Below, piece after piece: positions 19,621 through 30,255 of a DNA stretch of 64,000 nt; the stretch's first letter is position 1; every line of letters begins with the position of its first letter. The stretch lies in contig OZ242010.1 in the NCBI GenBank assembly GCA_965204745.1, positions 3,456,001 to 3,520,000 on the forward strand, given 5' to 3'. A program made the position numbers and the translations under genes. A model generated the notes under the pieces. The model did no database searches. It was not told the origin of the DNA and was given only the letters and a program-made list of their open reading frames with translations. The stretch is from Candidatus Latescibacterota bacterium (GTDB lineage Bacteria; Latescibacterota; UBA2968).

Positions 19621-21016
19621 CCGCGCCATCCAAGCGTTTTTCAACCGCGCAACCAATAGCCGCGACCGATGGCGCAGGCGCAACCGCACCTATCACGCAG
19701 AGGTGTTGCGATTTTGCCGCAGTATCGTGCCGGAAGGCGCGTCTGTGTTGGTCTTGGGATGCGGCACGGGCGACCTGTTGGCCGGCCTGAAACCCAACCG
19801 GGGGCTCGGGATCGACTTCAGCGAAGCGATGGTGCGACGAGCGCGAAACAAATACCCGACCTTGGAATTTCGCGTGGGCCGCGCCGAGTGTTTGCCCGAA
19901 GGCGAGCGGTTCGAGTGGATCATTTTGTCCGACCTGCTGGGTTTTTTGCCGGATATCCAGCATGTGTTCACCGAATTGTGGAAAGTGGTATTGCCTAATT
20001 CCCGCGTGCTGCTGACGCATTACAATCCCTTGTGGAAGCCGATGCTAAAGACAGCGGAGATCTTGGGCTTCAAGATGCCCGAACCCGTGCAAAACTGGTT
20101 GACGCACCGGGATATCTACAATCTGCTCTCCCTGTGCGGCTTTGAGACGGTTCGCCGGGAAAATCGCCTGCTCTTGCCCCGCGGCATACCGGGGGTGGCG
20201 TGGCTTTCAAATCGCTTGTTGGCAAAGGTGCCGGGGGTGCGTCGCCTGTGTCTGATCCAGACCTTGGTCGCGCGCCCGATTTTTCCCGCACGCGAGGCAA
20301 CCGCGGTTTCATGCTCGGTCATCGTGCCGTGCAAAAATGAGCGCGGCACAGTGGAAGAGGCCATTGCGCGAACCCCGCACATGGGCGCGGATATGGAACT
20401 GATTTTTGTGGTGGGGCATTCCACAGATGGCACGGCCGAGGAGGTCGAGCGATGTATGGTCGCGCACGCAGACGCAACGATCCGCCTGATTCGGCAAACC
20501 GGGGTCGGAAAAGGAGACGCTGTGCGCCGGGGTTTTGAGGCGGCCCGAGGCGATGTGTTGATGATTTTGGACGGCGATCTGACCGTCGCGCCCGAGGAGT
20601 TGCCCAAGTTTTTCGACGCGCTGGCGTCGGGCCGGGCCGAACTGGCCGTGGGAACTCGGCTGATCTACCCGATGGAACGCGAGGCCATGCGCCTTTTGAA
20701 CCTGTTGGGCAATCGGTTTTTTGGTCGGGTTTTGAGTTGTCTGTTGGGCCAGCGCATTTCGGATACCCTGTGCGGCACCAAAGCCCTGTTTGCTTCGGAT
20801 TACCGAAAGATCGTCGGCATCCGGCGGGAGGTATGCGACTTCGATCCGTTTGGCGATTTCGATCTGCTCTTGGGCGCGTCCAAACTGGCTCGCAAAATTG
20901 TGGAAGTGCCCGTGCGCTATCGGGATCGCGTGTACGGAACGACGCAGATCCACCGGTTCCGGCACGGCTATTTGTTGTTGCGCGTCTGCTGGACCGCTTT
21001 CCGAAAGCTGTGCTGA
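19598..21016 (+). CDS. SAM methyltransferase-like domain fused to GT2 (polyprenol-phosphate glycosyltransferase-like)
   Basis: VLVLGCGTG; SVIVPCKNE, GKGDAV, ILDGD, SDTLCGTKA. Confidence 0.88.
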   Translation: MKKSPPDSRAIQAFFNRATNSRDRWRRRNRTYHAEVLRFCRSIVPEGASVLVLGCGTGDLLAGLKPNRGLGIDFSEAMVRRARNKYPTLEFRVGRAECLPEGERFEWIILSDLLGFLPDIQHVFTELWKVVLPNSRVLLTHYNPLWKPMLKTAEILGFKMPEPVQNWLTHRDIYNLLSLCGFETVRRENRLLLPRGIPGVAWLSNRLLAKVPGVRRLCLIQTLVARPIFPAREATAVSCSVIVPCKNERGTVEEAIARTPHMGADMELIFVVGHSTDGTAEEVERCMVAHADATIRLIRQTGVGKGDAVRRGFEAARGDVLMILDGDLTVAPEELPKFFDALASGRAELAVGTRLIYPMEREAMRLLNLLGNRFFGRVLSCLLGQRISDTLCGTKALFASDYRKIVGIRREVCDFDPFGDFDLLLGASKLARKIVEVPVRYRDRVYGTTQIHRFRHGYLLLRVCWTAFRKLC

Positions 21017-21128
21017 TGAACGGCTTTCGCAGTTGTACCCGGCGCCGGCTGTTCGTCGAGTCGGGCCGGCACGGGGCCTGTCCCTGCGATTTATAGGCGT
21101 TGATTCGCCGATTCGTTGGAGGTATGAG

Positions 21129-24100
21129 GTGGTCACTTTACCGCTGGTCAGATATGGTCTGCTCATGGCGTCCGTTCTCGCGCTTTGTTGCGCCGAAGCC
21201 CATCCCGAGAATCTGGTCATCCGCACGGGCGCGCACGGGCGCGTGTGGACCTTTTCGCGGCAAACCAATGGGGTCGCCCTGACCGAGTTGTGGCGCGATG
21301 AGGCGGGAAGAGAACAGTGTTTGGGGATTTTCCCCGGGCGATCCGGGCGACTGGGAAAGACGGAGACGGGACGCATTGTCTATCAATCCCTGCCGCTGAC
21401 ATTGCCCGCGCCGGGCGATGTTTTGAATCGGGGAACCACGGTCGCGCTCGCCCCATCTAGATACTGGTCGCGCGATGGCCTCGCGTTGGGCGATTCGGAG
21501 ATCGATCAATCCATCGTTTGGGCGACTGAAACGCCCAGCGGCTTAAAACCGACCGCGCCGGGCGCAGGCGAAAAGGCGATAGCCGATCTACACGCGGGGT
21601 TCAACGCCGCACGCATGGCGCAGCTGAGCCTCTCGCGCTGGGAGTTCAAACAGGCATCCGCTTATTATACGCAGGCGGCAAAATCGCTCGAAAACCTGGG
21701 CAAGCGGGCGTCGAAGAAGGGCATGTCCGCCGCCCCCATGCGAGACTATGTACAGGCGTTTCAAACCGCCGCACAGGCGATTCGGCAGGATGGATCCCGC
21801 TGGGTGTGCCGCGATCACCTCGCTGCGATTGCCGAGTTGTTGACGGCGTATCGCAAGGCCCATCGCGGGCAAATGCCCGCTCAGCTCAAAGCCCTGGGGC
21901 GATGGGCGAGTGACCGATCCGCCGCGGATTCAGAGGTGGTTTTCCGCTTGTTCCGCGCCCCTATTGACAAACGCGACGCGCGCTCCGTCAGTTATTTTTA
22001 TCGGCCCGATGCTACGCCGGGCGAAGCCGTTGTCGTGAGTTATTTTTATCCCGGCCGCCTGGTGGAATTGATCCGCGAGGCCGAGGGCTACCGCGTGCAA
22101 GACCGCCCCATTGGTCGAGCACAAGTGGATTCCCTGTTGGCGATGGGCGAGACGCACTTGGCACGGGGCGACTCGCTCGCCGTGCCCATCCTAACCGTGC
22201 TGACGCGGGTGGCCCCTCGGCTGGCGCAGGGGCATTCGCTTTTGGGCTATGCCCTGATGCAGGCGGGCGATGATGACCGTGCGCGAGATGCGTTTGAACG
22301 CGCCATCGACCTCGACTATCGGCTCGCCGAGGCATATAACGGCCTGGGGCTTGTTTTTCGGCATCGGCCCAAGGGGATGTACACGGCTATCCGCTATTTC
22401 AGAAAAGCCCTTCAGTGGCACCCCACGTACCGAGACGCCCGGTTTCACATGGCGCAGACGCGGTACGACCTCAAGGAATACGATACCAAGCGGGACCTCG
22501 ATCACGTCATCGCGCTGGATCCGGATTACGCACCGGCGTACAAACTCTTGGGCAAGTGGTGGGAGGAACGAGAAGAAGACCACGAGCAAGCGGCGATGGC
22601 GTATGCCCGGTATGTCGCGCTCGCGCCCGACGATCCCGAGGGCAGGGAACTGCTTTCGCGGGCGTATTTACGCAGTGAAAATTTCGACCGCATCATCCAC
22701 CTCTTGGAAGATCACATCCGCGACCATCCCGAAGAAATCGCGTCCCTGCCCATTTTGGCGCAGGCGTGTTTGGAACTCAATCGCCTAAACTGGGCGCAGG
22801 CTTATTTTTTTTCTTATGTGGATCGCCTCCCCCCACAACGCCGCGGCCTGTATGAGGATATCCGATTTTTGGCATCTGCCGAGGAATTGGAAGAATATAC
22901 CAGCCTCGATACAGCCTCGATGCGGTCCGCATTTTTGCAACAGTTTTGGGCCTTGAAAGACCCCAATCTGATCACGGCGATCAATGAACGCAAGTTGGAG
23001 CACTACCGCCGGGTGTGGTACGCGCTGACAAATTTCGCAGATGGCAAAAAGCCATTTGATCGGCGCGGCGAGGTTTATATCCGATTTGGCGAGCCCGATT
23101 ACAGGTCGCGCTCCAATATGTTGAACGCGGACCAAAGTCTGGCCGTGCAACGGGTGAAGGAGCGCGTGGCCCAAACCCTGTTTGGCGCAGAAGCCGCGCA
23201 ACAAACGTACTTCGGGCCGGTGTATCCGGTGCGCGGTCTGCACACCAAGTTGGGTGAGTCAACTCAACTCAGGGCGCGAGTAGATGCCGAAGCCATGCAA
23301 CAAGCCCTCAACCGCTCGCGGGAACAGCAACAACAGCAACTGGCGTCGGGAGACGAAGAACGGCGGATGGTGCGGGCCGGGCAAGCCACGGCAGACGACC
23401 AATCTGGGGAAGACATCAGCGCATTTGAACGGCTGGCAAATACCGCCGTCGCCAGCGAGGGCCGCGAGAGTGGGTTTTTCGACCTGCAGCCGGATTTCCA
23501 CGCGGTTTCCGTGCAAGAGGACGCGTCGATGGTGCGGTGGGAAACGTGGGTCTATACGGATGTGAACGGGGGGATCGAGATCACCTTTACCGACGAGGCG
23601 ATGACGGGAACTTTTGACTTTGCCCCGCCGCCTTTGGATCCCAATATCCCCATCCGCAGGCTGGCGCTGTTGAACCGGTACAATCCCCGCCGAATCACCG
23701 AGTTTGCAGCGCGGGTGACGCCCGATTATTACGTGACGCCCGAAAACACCCGGCCCTTGGCGTTTTATTACGATCTGGCGGATTTTCAGAGTTCGCGTCA
23801 AGGCGTGAGCGCGCTAGAGGTCTATACGGGCATTCCGCGGGCGTTTGGGCGGTATTTCCCAGAGACGAATACCACCGAGTTGGTGGTGGAGCGCACGGTT
23901 GCCCTGTTGAATGAGCAGACCGGGGATGTGTATCGGCGGGCGGGCGATGTGCGATACCGCAACACAGGCGACCTGACCGGAATGCACGGCGCCTTTGTGC
24001 CCGATGTGGTGCGGCTAGAGGCGCCGCCGGGATATTACAAACTGGAGGTGCATTTGCTCGACCGCCTGTCCGGAAGACAAGGGCGGTATCGGCAGATGAT

Positions 24101-24569
24101 CGAATTGGAGAAATATCAGGGCGGGGCCATAGAGGTGAGCGATTTGGAACTGGCGTGGCGCGTTGCAGAGGGCGGCCCACAGGACAAGTTCCGCAAAGGC
24201 GCGTTGCACATCATCCCCATGCCCACGCGAACCTATCCCAAGGGGCAGAGCATCTTTGTGTATTACGAAATCTACAATCTGAAGCGCGATGCGTTTGGGC
24301 AAACGCGATACCGCGTGGAATATACCATCGCGCCACGGAGCAAAGGCGTGGGCGGCGCCGTGTCTCGGCTGGTGCAAACGCTCAAGGGCAAACGCGAGCA
24401 GGTGCTGATGGGCTACGATCAGGTGGGGACGATGGATTTGGAAGCGGTCTATACGGAGTTGGAATTGGGCGACCGCACGCCTGGGCGGTACGCGCTAGAG
24501 GTCAAAATAACCGATTTGAACAGCGATCAGACCGCGGTTAAAGATGCCCTTTTTGTAGTGGCAGAATGA
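21129..24569 (+). CDS. TPR + GWxTD-domain protein
   Basis: GGAGG then GTG 21129; TPRs; FWALKDPNLITAINE...EHYRRV...DRRGEVYIRFGEPD. Confidence 0.82.
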   Translation: MVTLPLVRYGLLMASVLALCCAEAHPENLVIRTGAHGRVWTFSRQTNGVALTELWRDEAGREQCLGIFPGRSGRLGKTETGRIVYQSLPLTLPAPGDVLNRGTTVALAPSRYWSRDGLALGDSEIDQSIVWATETPSGLKPTAPGAGEKAIADLHAGFNAARMAQLSLSRWEFKQASAYYTQAAKSLENLGKRASKKGMSAAPMRDYVQAFQTAAQAIRQDGSRWVCRDHLAAIAELLTAYRKAHRGQMPAQLKALGRWASDRSAADSEVVFRLFRAPIDKRDARSVSYFYRPDATPGEAVVVSYFYPGRLVELIREAEGYRVQDRPIGRAQVDSLLAMGETHLARGDSLAVPILTVLTRVAPRLAQGHSLLGYALMQAGDDDRARDAFERAIDLDYRLAEAYNGLGLVFRHRPKGMYTAIRYFRKALQWHPTYRDARFHMAQTRYDLKEYDTKRDLDHVIALDPDYAPAYKLLGKWWEEREEDHEQAAMAYARYVALAPDDPEGRELLSRAYLRSENFDRIIHLLEDHIRDHPEEIASLPILAQACLELNRLNWAQAYFFSYVDRLPPQRRGLYEDIRFLASAEELEEYTSLDTASMRSAFLQQFWALKDPNLITAINERKLEHYRRVWYALTNFADGKKPFDRRGEVYIRFGEPDYRSRSNMLNADQSLAVQRVKERVAQTLFGAEAAQQTYFGPVYPVRGLHTKLGESTQLRARVDAEAMQQALNRSREQQQQQLASGDEERRMVRAGQATADDQSGEDISAFERLANTAVASEGRESGFFDLQPDFHAVSVQEDASMVRWETWVYTDVNGGIEITFTDEAMTGTFDFAPPPLDPNIPIRRLALLNRYNPRRITEFAARVTPDYYVTPENTRPLAFYYDLADFQSSRQGVSALEVYTGIPRAFGRYFPETNTTELVVERTVALLNEQTGDVYRRAGDVRYRNTGDLTGMHGAFVPDVVRLEAPPGYYKLEVHLLDRLSGRQGRYRQMIELEKYQGGAIEVSDLELAWRVAEGGPQDKFRKGALHIIPMPTRTYPKGQSIFVYYEIYNLKRDAFGQTRYRVEYTIAPRSKGVGGAVSRLVQTLKGKREQVLMGYDQVGTMDLEAVYTELELGDRTPGRYALEVKITDLNSDQTAVKDALFVVAE

Positions 24570-24573
24570 AAAG

Positions 24574-24880
24574 GCGTAAGACGGGAGAGGCGAGAGGCGA
24601 GAGGCGAGAGGCAAGAGGGGAGAAGGCCACCGCGCTATTCCTCTCAAGTTGTCAGTTGTCAGTCCGCCCCGCCTGTCCATCCGGCCCAAAGGCGAGGCGC
24701 GAGGGGACCTATCCCCCGGCCCCTTTCCTACGAGGAAAGGGGAGTAAAGTTCCTTTGATGGCTTAGGTTGCTCTGATGGCGTTGACCGAGGGCATAAAGC
24801 GATTAAAAATCCCTCACACCATCCCCCCGCAAAACCGCTCACCATTCCCCCTTCCTCGCAGGCACAGGCGTAGCCTACAA
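24574..24880. repeat. GAGGCGA and AGTTGTC heptamer arrays followed by an inverted REP/MITE cassette
   Basis: Directly visible; cassette ~24704-24880 is the reverse complement of the 29700 type. Confidence 0.85.
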
Positions 24881-25024
24881 CGAACTGGCGACAACCCGTT
24901 CAAAGGCGAGCCGTGTGGTGTGTAGGGGCGATGCCCCTGTGCTCGTCCGAAGATGCAAGGGGGAATACCGTCTCCCCTCCCCGTTTCGGGGAGGGGCCGG
25001 GGGAGGGGTTCTCTCGCTTTCCCA

Positions 25025-25053
25025 TTGCACATCCACGCGCTTCTGACTACATT
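25025..25053 (+). promoter_or_regulatory. Putative promoter TTGCAC-N17-TACATT
   Basis: Correct spacing upstream of yebC. Confidence 0.5.
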
Positions 25054-25104
25054 ATCAAATCGTTATGCTGTTTTTTTACGACCTTTCAACACAGGAAGGT
25101 GAGC

Positions 25105-25851
25105 ATGGCCGGGCACTCTAAATGGGCGAATATCAAGCATCGCAAGAGCCGCCAAGACGCGGCCCGCGGCAAGGTGTTTTCCAAACTGATTCGAGAGATC
25201 ACCGTCGCAGCGCGCGAAGGCGGCGAGGAGGCGAACAATCCCCGGTTGCGCGCCGCGGTCTTAAATGCCAAGGCGGAAAACATGCCCGCGGTCAATATCG
25301 AACGCGCCATCAAAAAGGGCACGGGCGATCTCGAAGGCGCGTCCTACGAAAGCGCGATTTACGAGGGCTACGGCCCGGGCGGCGTGGCCGTGTTTGTCGA
25401 GGCCCTAACCGACAATCGCAACCGCACCGTGTCCGAAGTGCGGCATTTGTTCAGCAAATACAATGGCGGGATGGCCGAAAGCGGCGCGGTGGCGTGGGTG
25501 TTTGACCAACAAGGGCTGATCGCCGTGCCCAAAGCGGGCGTGGAAGAGGATGATTTGATGCTCGTGGCGTTGGATGCCGGCGCCGAGGATATCGCAGAAG
25601 AAGATGGTCGATATGAGATTTACGCGGCCCTGTCCGATTTTGAGCGCGTCCGCAAAGCGATTGAAGATGCGGACATCGACATTGAACGCGCCGAGCTGAC
25701 GCGCGTCGCCCAAAATACCGTGCCCATCGCCGGCAAAACCGCGCAACAATTGTTGACCCTGATGGAGATGCTCGAAGACAATGACGACGTGCAACGGGTC
25801 TATGCCAATTTCGAGATCGACGACGCAGAACTCACCGCGCTGACAGCGTGA
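25105..25851 (+). CDS. yebC: YebC/PmpR family protein
   Basis: MAGHSKWANIKHRK, NPRLR, YEGYGPGG, TDNRNRT, DDVQRVYAN. Confidence 0.97.
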   Translation: MAGHSKWANIKHRKSRQDAARGKVFSKLIREITVAAREGGEEANNPRLRAAVLNAKAENMPAVNIERAIKKGTGDLEGASYESAIYEGYGPGGVAVFVEALTDNRNRTVSEVRHLFSKYNGGMAESGAVAWVFDQQGLIAVPKAGVEEDDLMLVALDAGAEDIAEEDGRYEIYAALSDFERVRKAIEDADIDIERAELTRVAQNTVPIAGKTAQQLLTLMEMLEDNDDVQRVYANFEIDDAELTALTA

Positions 25852-25975
25852 GGGTCAGTTGTCAGTTGTCAGTTGTCAGCCTGTCCGCCCCATCAGCCGT
25901 AGGGACGCCCCCGTGCCTGTCTTCGCACCCAGTTCCCAATTCCTCCATCTAACAACTTCACGCACGCATAAACCA

Positions 25976-28924
25976 ATGCCCACGACCAACGAAGTCGCCT
26001 TCAATTTCCCGCTACTGGAAGTACTGCGATCCAAGCATCCGCACTGGCGCGAGCGCGCCGCCGTGGAGCAACATGGCCTCATCCGAGAAACCGATGAGCG
26101 CCCGGATATTCTCATTCGTCCGGCGGGTGGGGTTCCGGTCGTCATCGAAACCGAGTTTGAGCCTGCGCGCAACGTGGAAGATGAGGCCAAAGCGCGTTTG
26201 GGAAAACATCTGCAATACAACGGCGACCAAATCGAGCAGACCATCGCGGTGCGGATCCCGCAGGAACTGAGCCGCACGCCCCAAAGTGACTTGAAGCGAC
26301 AAATCGAGGCCGCCGAGTTCCGCTATTGCACCTTTTCGCTGCAAGAAGCGGATGCCATCGCGCGCTGGCCGGCTGCGGGCTGGCTGACCGGTACCATGGA
26401 CGACCTCGCCACTTGCATTGAAAACGTCGCCCTGTCCGAACGCTTGCTCGCCGAGGGCACGCGGATTTTGGAGCAGAGCATCGGCGAGGCCGCCGGCCGG
26501 TTGCGCGAAACCGCAGGCCCCCAGGGGCTTGGGAAAATGGCGCGTGCCCTCCACCAAGCAGATGGCGATCAAACCTCGCGCATGGCCTGCGCCATCGTCG
26601 CCAACGCGCTCGTTTTCCACACCGCCATCGCCGCGGCCCATGGCATCGAAACCATCGACGAACTCCGCAGTCCGGGGAATAACGCGGTCAGCAAAAGCCG
26701 CGTGCTCGCCTGTTGGCGGCATATTCTCGACCACATCAATTACTATCCCATTTTCCACATCGCCTCCGAGTTGTTGCGGCCCATTGACGACCACACGGCG
26801 CAAGCAGTGCTCGACCGTCTCGCGCAGGCGGCCAGCGAGTTGGCGGGCTTGGGCGCGACGACCTTGCACGACTTGTCCGGGCGCGTGTTCCAACGGCTGA
26901 TTGCGGATCGGAAGTTCCTCGCCACGTTCTACACCTTGCCGACTTCTGCGGCCCTGCTCGGCGAGTTGGCGGTGGCGCGGCTTGACGCACGGACGGATTG
27001 GGCCGATCCGAAGTCCCTCGTCGGCCTGCAAGTCGCGGACTTGGCCTGCGGGACGGGTGCCCTGCTCTCGGCGGCGTATCGCGCTTTATCGGCACGCCAC
27101 CGGCGAACTGGCGGAGATGATCGGGCCTTGCATCGGCGGATGATGGAACGCGCCCTCATCGCGGCGGACATCATGCCCGCGGCCACGCACCTGACCGCGT
27201 CGATGCTGTCGAGTGCCCATCCGGGGACGACCTTTGGTCATACCCGCGTCCACACCTTGCCCTACGGTCGACAAAGTCAGGAAAAACAGCGAGTAATGGC
27301 CTTGGGCGCGCTCGACCTGATCGCGTATGACGCCACGCCGTCGCTGTTTGGGACGGGCATCCAAGTGGCGCAGGGCACGGGCGCAGATGTGGAGACAGCG
27401 GGGAGTTCAGACATGATCCTACCTCGAGAATCAGCGGATCTGGTGATTATGAACCCGCCCTTTACGCGGCCCACCAACCACGAGAGCACCGAAGTCCCAG
27501 TGCCGTCATTTGCAGGGCTGAACACGACCAAAGACGAACAGCAGGCCATGACCAAGCGTCTGTCCGAGATCCGGCGGCGGTTGTCCCATCCGTGCGGCCA
27601 CGGCAACGCGGGCCTGGCCTCCAACTTTGTCGATCTCGGGCACGCCAAGCTCGGTCCGGGTGGGGTTCTCGCGCTGGTGCTCCCCGCGGCGTGTGTGAGC
27701 GGCAACTCTTGGGCGAATTTCCGGCGCTTGTTGGAAAGCGAATACGAGGAGTTGACCGTGCTGACCATTGCGGCACACGGCCAGACGGATCGGGCGTTTT
27801 CAGCGGATACGGGGATGGCCGAGGCCCTTGTGGTGGCGACTAAGCGACGCGATGGGAGGACTGGGGAAGGCGGGAAAACCCTGTTCGTCAATTTTTACCA
27901 CCGGCCGGGCAGTATCGCGGAAGCGGTTGAGATGGCGCGGGCCGTGCGGCAAATCCCGGGCAATGCGCGGCAGGGGCGGTTGTGCATCGGCGATAGCGAG
28001 ATGGTCGGCACGTACATTCGGGCATCGGTGCGTCAAGGCGGCTGTGCATCCCTGCACGAGACGACGCTGGCAGATGCCGCCCTCGGTTTGGCAAACGGGA
28101 CGCTCCGACTGCCGCGAGGATACACCGCGCCACTGGCGACGACTCGCCTCGGCGACCTCGGCGAGAAGGGCTTGCTCGGTCGCGACATTTCCGGAAAGAA
28201 CAGCAATGGCACGCCGCGAGGGCCGTTTGACATCATCCCCATTCAAGGCATACCGCAATATCCTGTGCTGTGGGGACATGCCGCCGACCGCGAACGCAAC
28301 CTCGTCGTCCCGGCCGATAGCGAAGGCGAGGTGCGCTCCAGTTGCGACGACCGTGCCGTCGCGGTCTGGAATCGCACGGCGTCGCGGTTGCATTTCACCC
28401 TTGATTTTCGGCTCAACTCGCAAAGTCTCGCCGCCTGCCTCACCCCGACCAAAGCCATCGGCGGCAGGGCGTGGCCGAATTTCCTGCCGGATAGCGACGA
28501 GTGGATTCTACCTCTCGTCTTGTGGGCGAATACCACCTTGGGCCTTCTCGCCTTTTGGTGGATAGGAAGCCGCCAGCAACAGGGTCGCGCACAGATCACG
28601 ATCACCCGGTTGCCCCGCCTAACCGTGCTCGATCCGCGCTCCTTAAGCCCGGCGCAACTCGGTCAAGCCGAGGCGATCTTTGGGCGATTCAAGGACGCGA
28701 CATTCCTCCCGGCCAACGAGGCGTATCGAGACCACACCCGCCAAGCCCTCGACCGCGCCATCTTGATCGACCTATTGCACCTGCCCGAAGCGACCATCGA
28801 ACCCCTCGTCCTCCTCCGCGACCAATGGTGCGCCGAACCGAGTGTGCATGGCGGCAAGAGCACGCGGATCGCCATCCAAATGGCGATGGCAGGGGGCAAC
28901 ATTAGAACAGGTAGCTTACATTAG
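25976..28924 (+). CDS. Fused restriction endonuclease/N6-adenine methyltransferase (type IIG/IIL-like)
   Basis: N-terminal RPDILI...VVIETE (PD-(D/E)xK-like); FYT; DLACGTG (motif I); NPPF (motif IV); long C-terminal TRD region. Confidence 0.82.
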   Translation: MPTTNEVAFNFPLLEVLRSKHPHWRERAAVEQHGLIRETDERPDILIRPAGGVPVVIETEFEPARNVEDEAKARLGKHLQYNGDQIEQTIAVRIPQELSRTPQSDLKRQIEAAEFRYCTFSLQEADAIARWPAAGWLTGTMDDLATCIENVALSERLLAEGTRILEQSIGEAAGRLRETAGPQGLGKMARALHQADGDQTSRMACAIVANALVFHTAIAAAHGIETIDELRSPGNNAVSKSRVLACWRHILDHINYYPIFHIASELLRPIDDHTAQAVLDRLAQAASELAGLGATTLHDLSGRVFQRLIADRKFLATFYTLPTSAALLGELAVARLDARTDWADPKSLVGLQVADLACGTGALLSAAYRALSARHRRTGGDDRALHRRMMERALIAADIMPAATHLTASMLSSAHPGTTFGHTRVHTLPYGRQSQEKQRVMALGALDLIAYDATPSLFGTGIQVAQGTGADVETAGSSDMILPRESADLVIMNPPFTRPTNHESTEVPVPSFAGLNTTKDEQQAMTKRLSEIRRRLSHPCGHGNAGLASNFVDLGHAKLGPGGVLALVLPAACVSGNSWANFRRLLESEYEELTVLTIAAHGQTDRAFSADTGMAEALVVATKRRDGRTGEGGKTLFVNFYHRPGSIAEAVEMARAVRQIPGNARQGRLCIGDSEMVGTYIRASVRQGGCASLHETTLADAALGLANGTLRLPRGYTAPLATTRLGDLGEKGLLGRDISGKNSNGTPRGPFDIIPIQGIPQYPVLWGHAADRERNLVVPADSEGEVRSSCDDRAVAVWNRTASRLHFTLDFRLNSQSLAACLTPTKAIGGRAWPNFLPDSDEWILPLVLWANTTLGLLAFWWIGSRQQQGRAQITITRLPRLTVLDPRSLSPAQLGQAEAIFGRFKDATFLPANEAYRDHTRQALDRAILIDLLHLPEATIEPLVLLRDQWCAEPSVHGGKSTRIAIQMAMAGGNIRTGSLH

Positions 28925-28933
28925 AGATGGGAA

Positions 28934-29221
28934 ATGAATATTCGCTTTTACATTGATCCGGAAACGGGCTTCCCCCATATTTACAACCATCATGTTGATG
29001 AGGATGATATAGCGGATGTATTGCAAAACCCAGGTGAAGACCGATCAGGGCGTGAAGGCTCACGAGTCGCCATTGGTCAAACGCAAACGGGACGTTACCT
29101 GCGCGTAATTTACGTTCCAGACCCACAACCCAATAGTGTCTTTGTGATTACAGCTTATGAATTGCAAGGAAATCCCTTAAGTGCGTATCGACGGCGCCAA
29201 CGCAGGAGAGGAAGACGATGA
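28934..29221 (+). CDS. BrnT/DUF4258-like toxin
   Basis: HIYNHHV..IADVL...AIGQTQTGRYLRVIY...FVITAY with a basic tail. Confidence 0.75.
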   Translation: MNIRFYIDPETGFPHIYNHHVDEDDIADVLQNPGEDRSGREGSRVAIGQTQTGRYLRVIYVPDPQPNSVFVITAYELQGNPLSAYRRRQRRRGRR

Positions 29222-29409
29222 AACAAAGCAAATTTCCCTTGAACTGGGATGACAAACGGGTTCAGAAGGTCATTGCCCACTACGAGCAACAGACAGAGGA
29301 TGCGGCCATTGCTGAGGACGAGGGCGCGTTTGGAAATTCGTCCCAAACCGTTGTCGAAATCCCCCAAGAACTGATGCCTGTTGTCCGCGAACTCATTGCC
29401 AAGCATTGA
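29218..29409 (+). CDS. Putative antitoxin
   Basis: 63 aa acidic protein with ATGA overlap to the toxin. Confidence 0.65.
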   Translation: MKQSKFPLNWDDKRVQKVIAHYEQQTEDAAIAEDEGAFGNSSQTVVEIPQELMPVVRELIAKH

Positions 29410-29506
29410 TCGATTTGGATGTAGCATGTTGCATTTCAGCTCCAGGCAGTGTGGTGATGGGGCAACTGCCTCCCGATAAATAGCCGAACAACACTGCGGG
29501 CACGGC

Positions 29507-29583
29507 TTGACGCGATACTTAAAATGCCGTAACTTTTTTTAAGATGGCTACCCAAAAAATTCCATAGTCTTTGCCGAAAGGAC
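29507..29583 (+). promoter_or_regulatory. Orphaned promoter/leader/SD (TTGACG-N17-TAACTT ... GAAAGGA); paralogous leader at 37561-37683
   Basis: Shares ACTTAAAATGCC, ATGGCTACCCA and AAAATTCCATAG.CTTTGCCGAAAGGA with the leader of the SDH protease. Confidence 0.7.
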
Positions 29584-29585
29584 TA

Positions 29586-30013
29586 GGTTCTGTTGACATT
29601 TACGAGCAAAGCAACTGGCTTGAGCGGTTTATCGAGAAAATCAAGCCCTATCGCAGAATATGCTCTCGGTTTGAGAAACTGAAACAGTCGCTCCTTATCG
29701 GGACCTACCCCCCTAACCCCCCTTCCTGTGAGGAAGGGGGGAACTGTGAGCGGTTTTGCGAGGGTATTGATGAGAGATTTTTAATCGCTTTATGCCTTCG
29801 CACAACGCCATCAGAGCAACCCTTGATATAAGCCATCAAAGGAACTTTACTCCCCTTTCCTCGTAGGAAAGGGGCCGGGGGATAGGTCCCCTCGCGCAAC
29901 GCCATCAGAGCAACCAGAGCGAGAAGCCATCAAAGGAAACGCCTTAAATGAGCAAGAAGCAATACAGTTGCTACTCTGTGCGTAACGTCAAAAAATGAAA
30001 TGTCAACACAACC
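29586..30013 (+). mobile_element. IS5-family-derived MITE copy 1 with nested REP cassette
   Basis: TIRs GGTTCTGTTGACATTT / AAATGTCAACACAACC flanked by TA; remnant YEQSNWLERFIEKIKPYRRICSRFEKL resembles an IS5 (IS427-group) transposase C-terminus. Confidence 0.85.
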
Positions 30014-30196
30014 TAGTTTCCACCCCGCCCTTCAGCCGCCCAAGTGCGATCCCCTCCAATCCCCCGCCCCGCCGTGTGCGTTCCTCACCTCGCCACCTCG
30101 CCACCTGTGCGTTCCCATCCCTAAGACGGATGGCGGCGGGGTGTACAAAGGACATAGCGGATGGGAACGATAAAGCGGTGGTAGGGATGTGAGGGG

Positions 30197-30241
30197 TAAT
30201 CCGCGTAATCTGAGTAATCCGTTTAATCCGCGATTCAGACG
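30197..30241. repeat. TAATCCG-unit repeat element (inverted copy at 54718-54763)
   Basis: TAATCCGCGTAATCTGAGTAATCCGTTTAATCCGCGATTCAGAC and its reverse complement. Confidence 0.75.
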
Positions 30242-30255
30242 TTTTGCCCATCGCC

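Noticed and set aside
20790-21128. ORF-track N-terminal extensions (also from 19418, 24913, 25859, 35075, 41865, 49537)
   Set aside because: They overlap neighbouring genes or repeats; downstream starts with SD sequences or family-typical N-termini fit better.
29571-29831. Functional transposase
   Set aside because: Only ~30 codons resemble an IS5 transposase C-terminus; the rest is repeat sequence.
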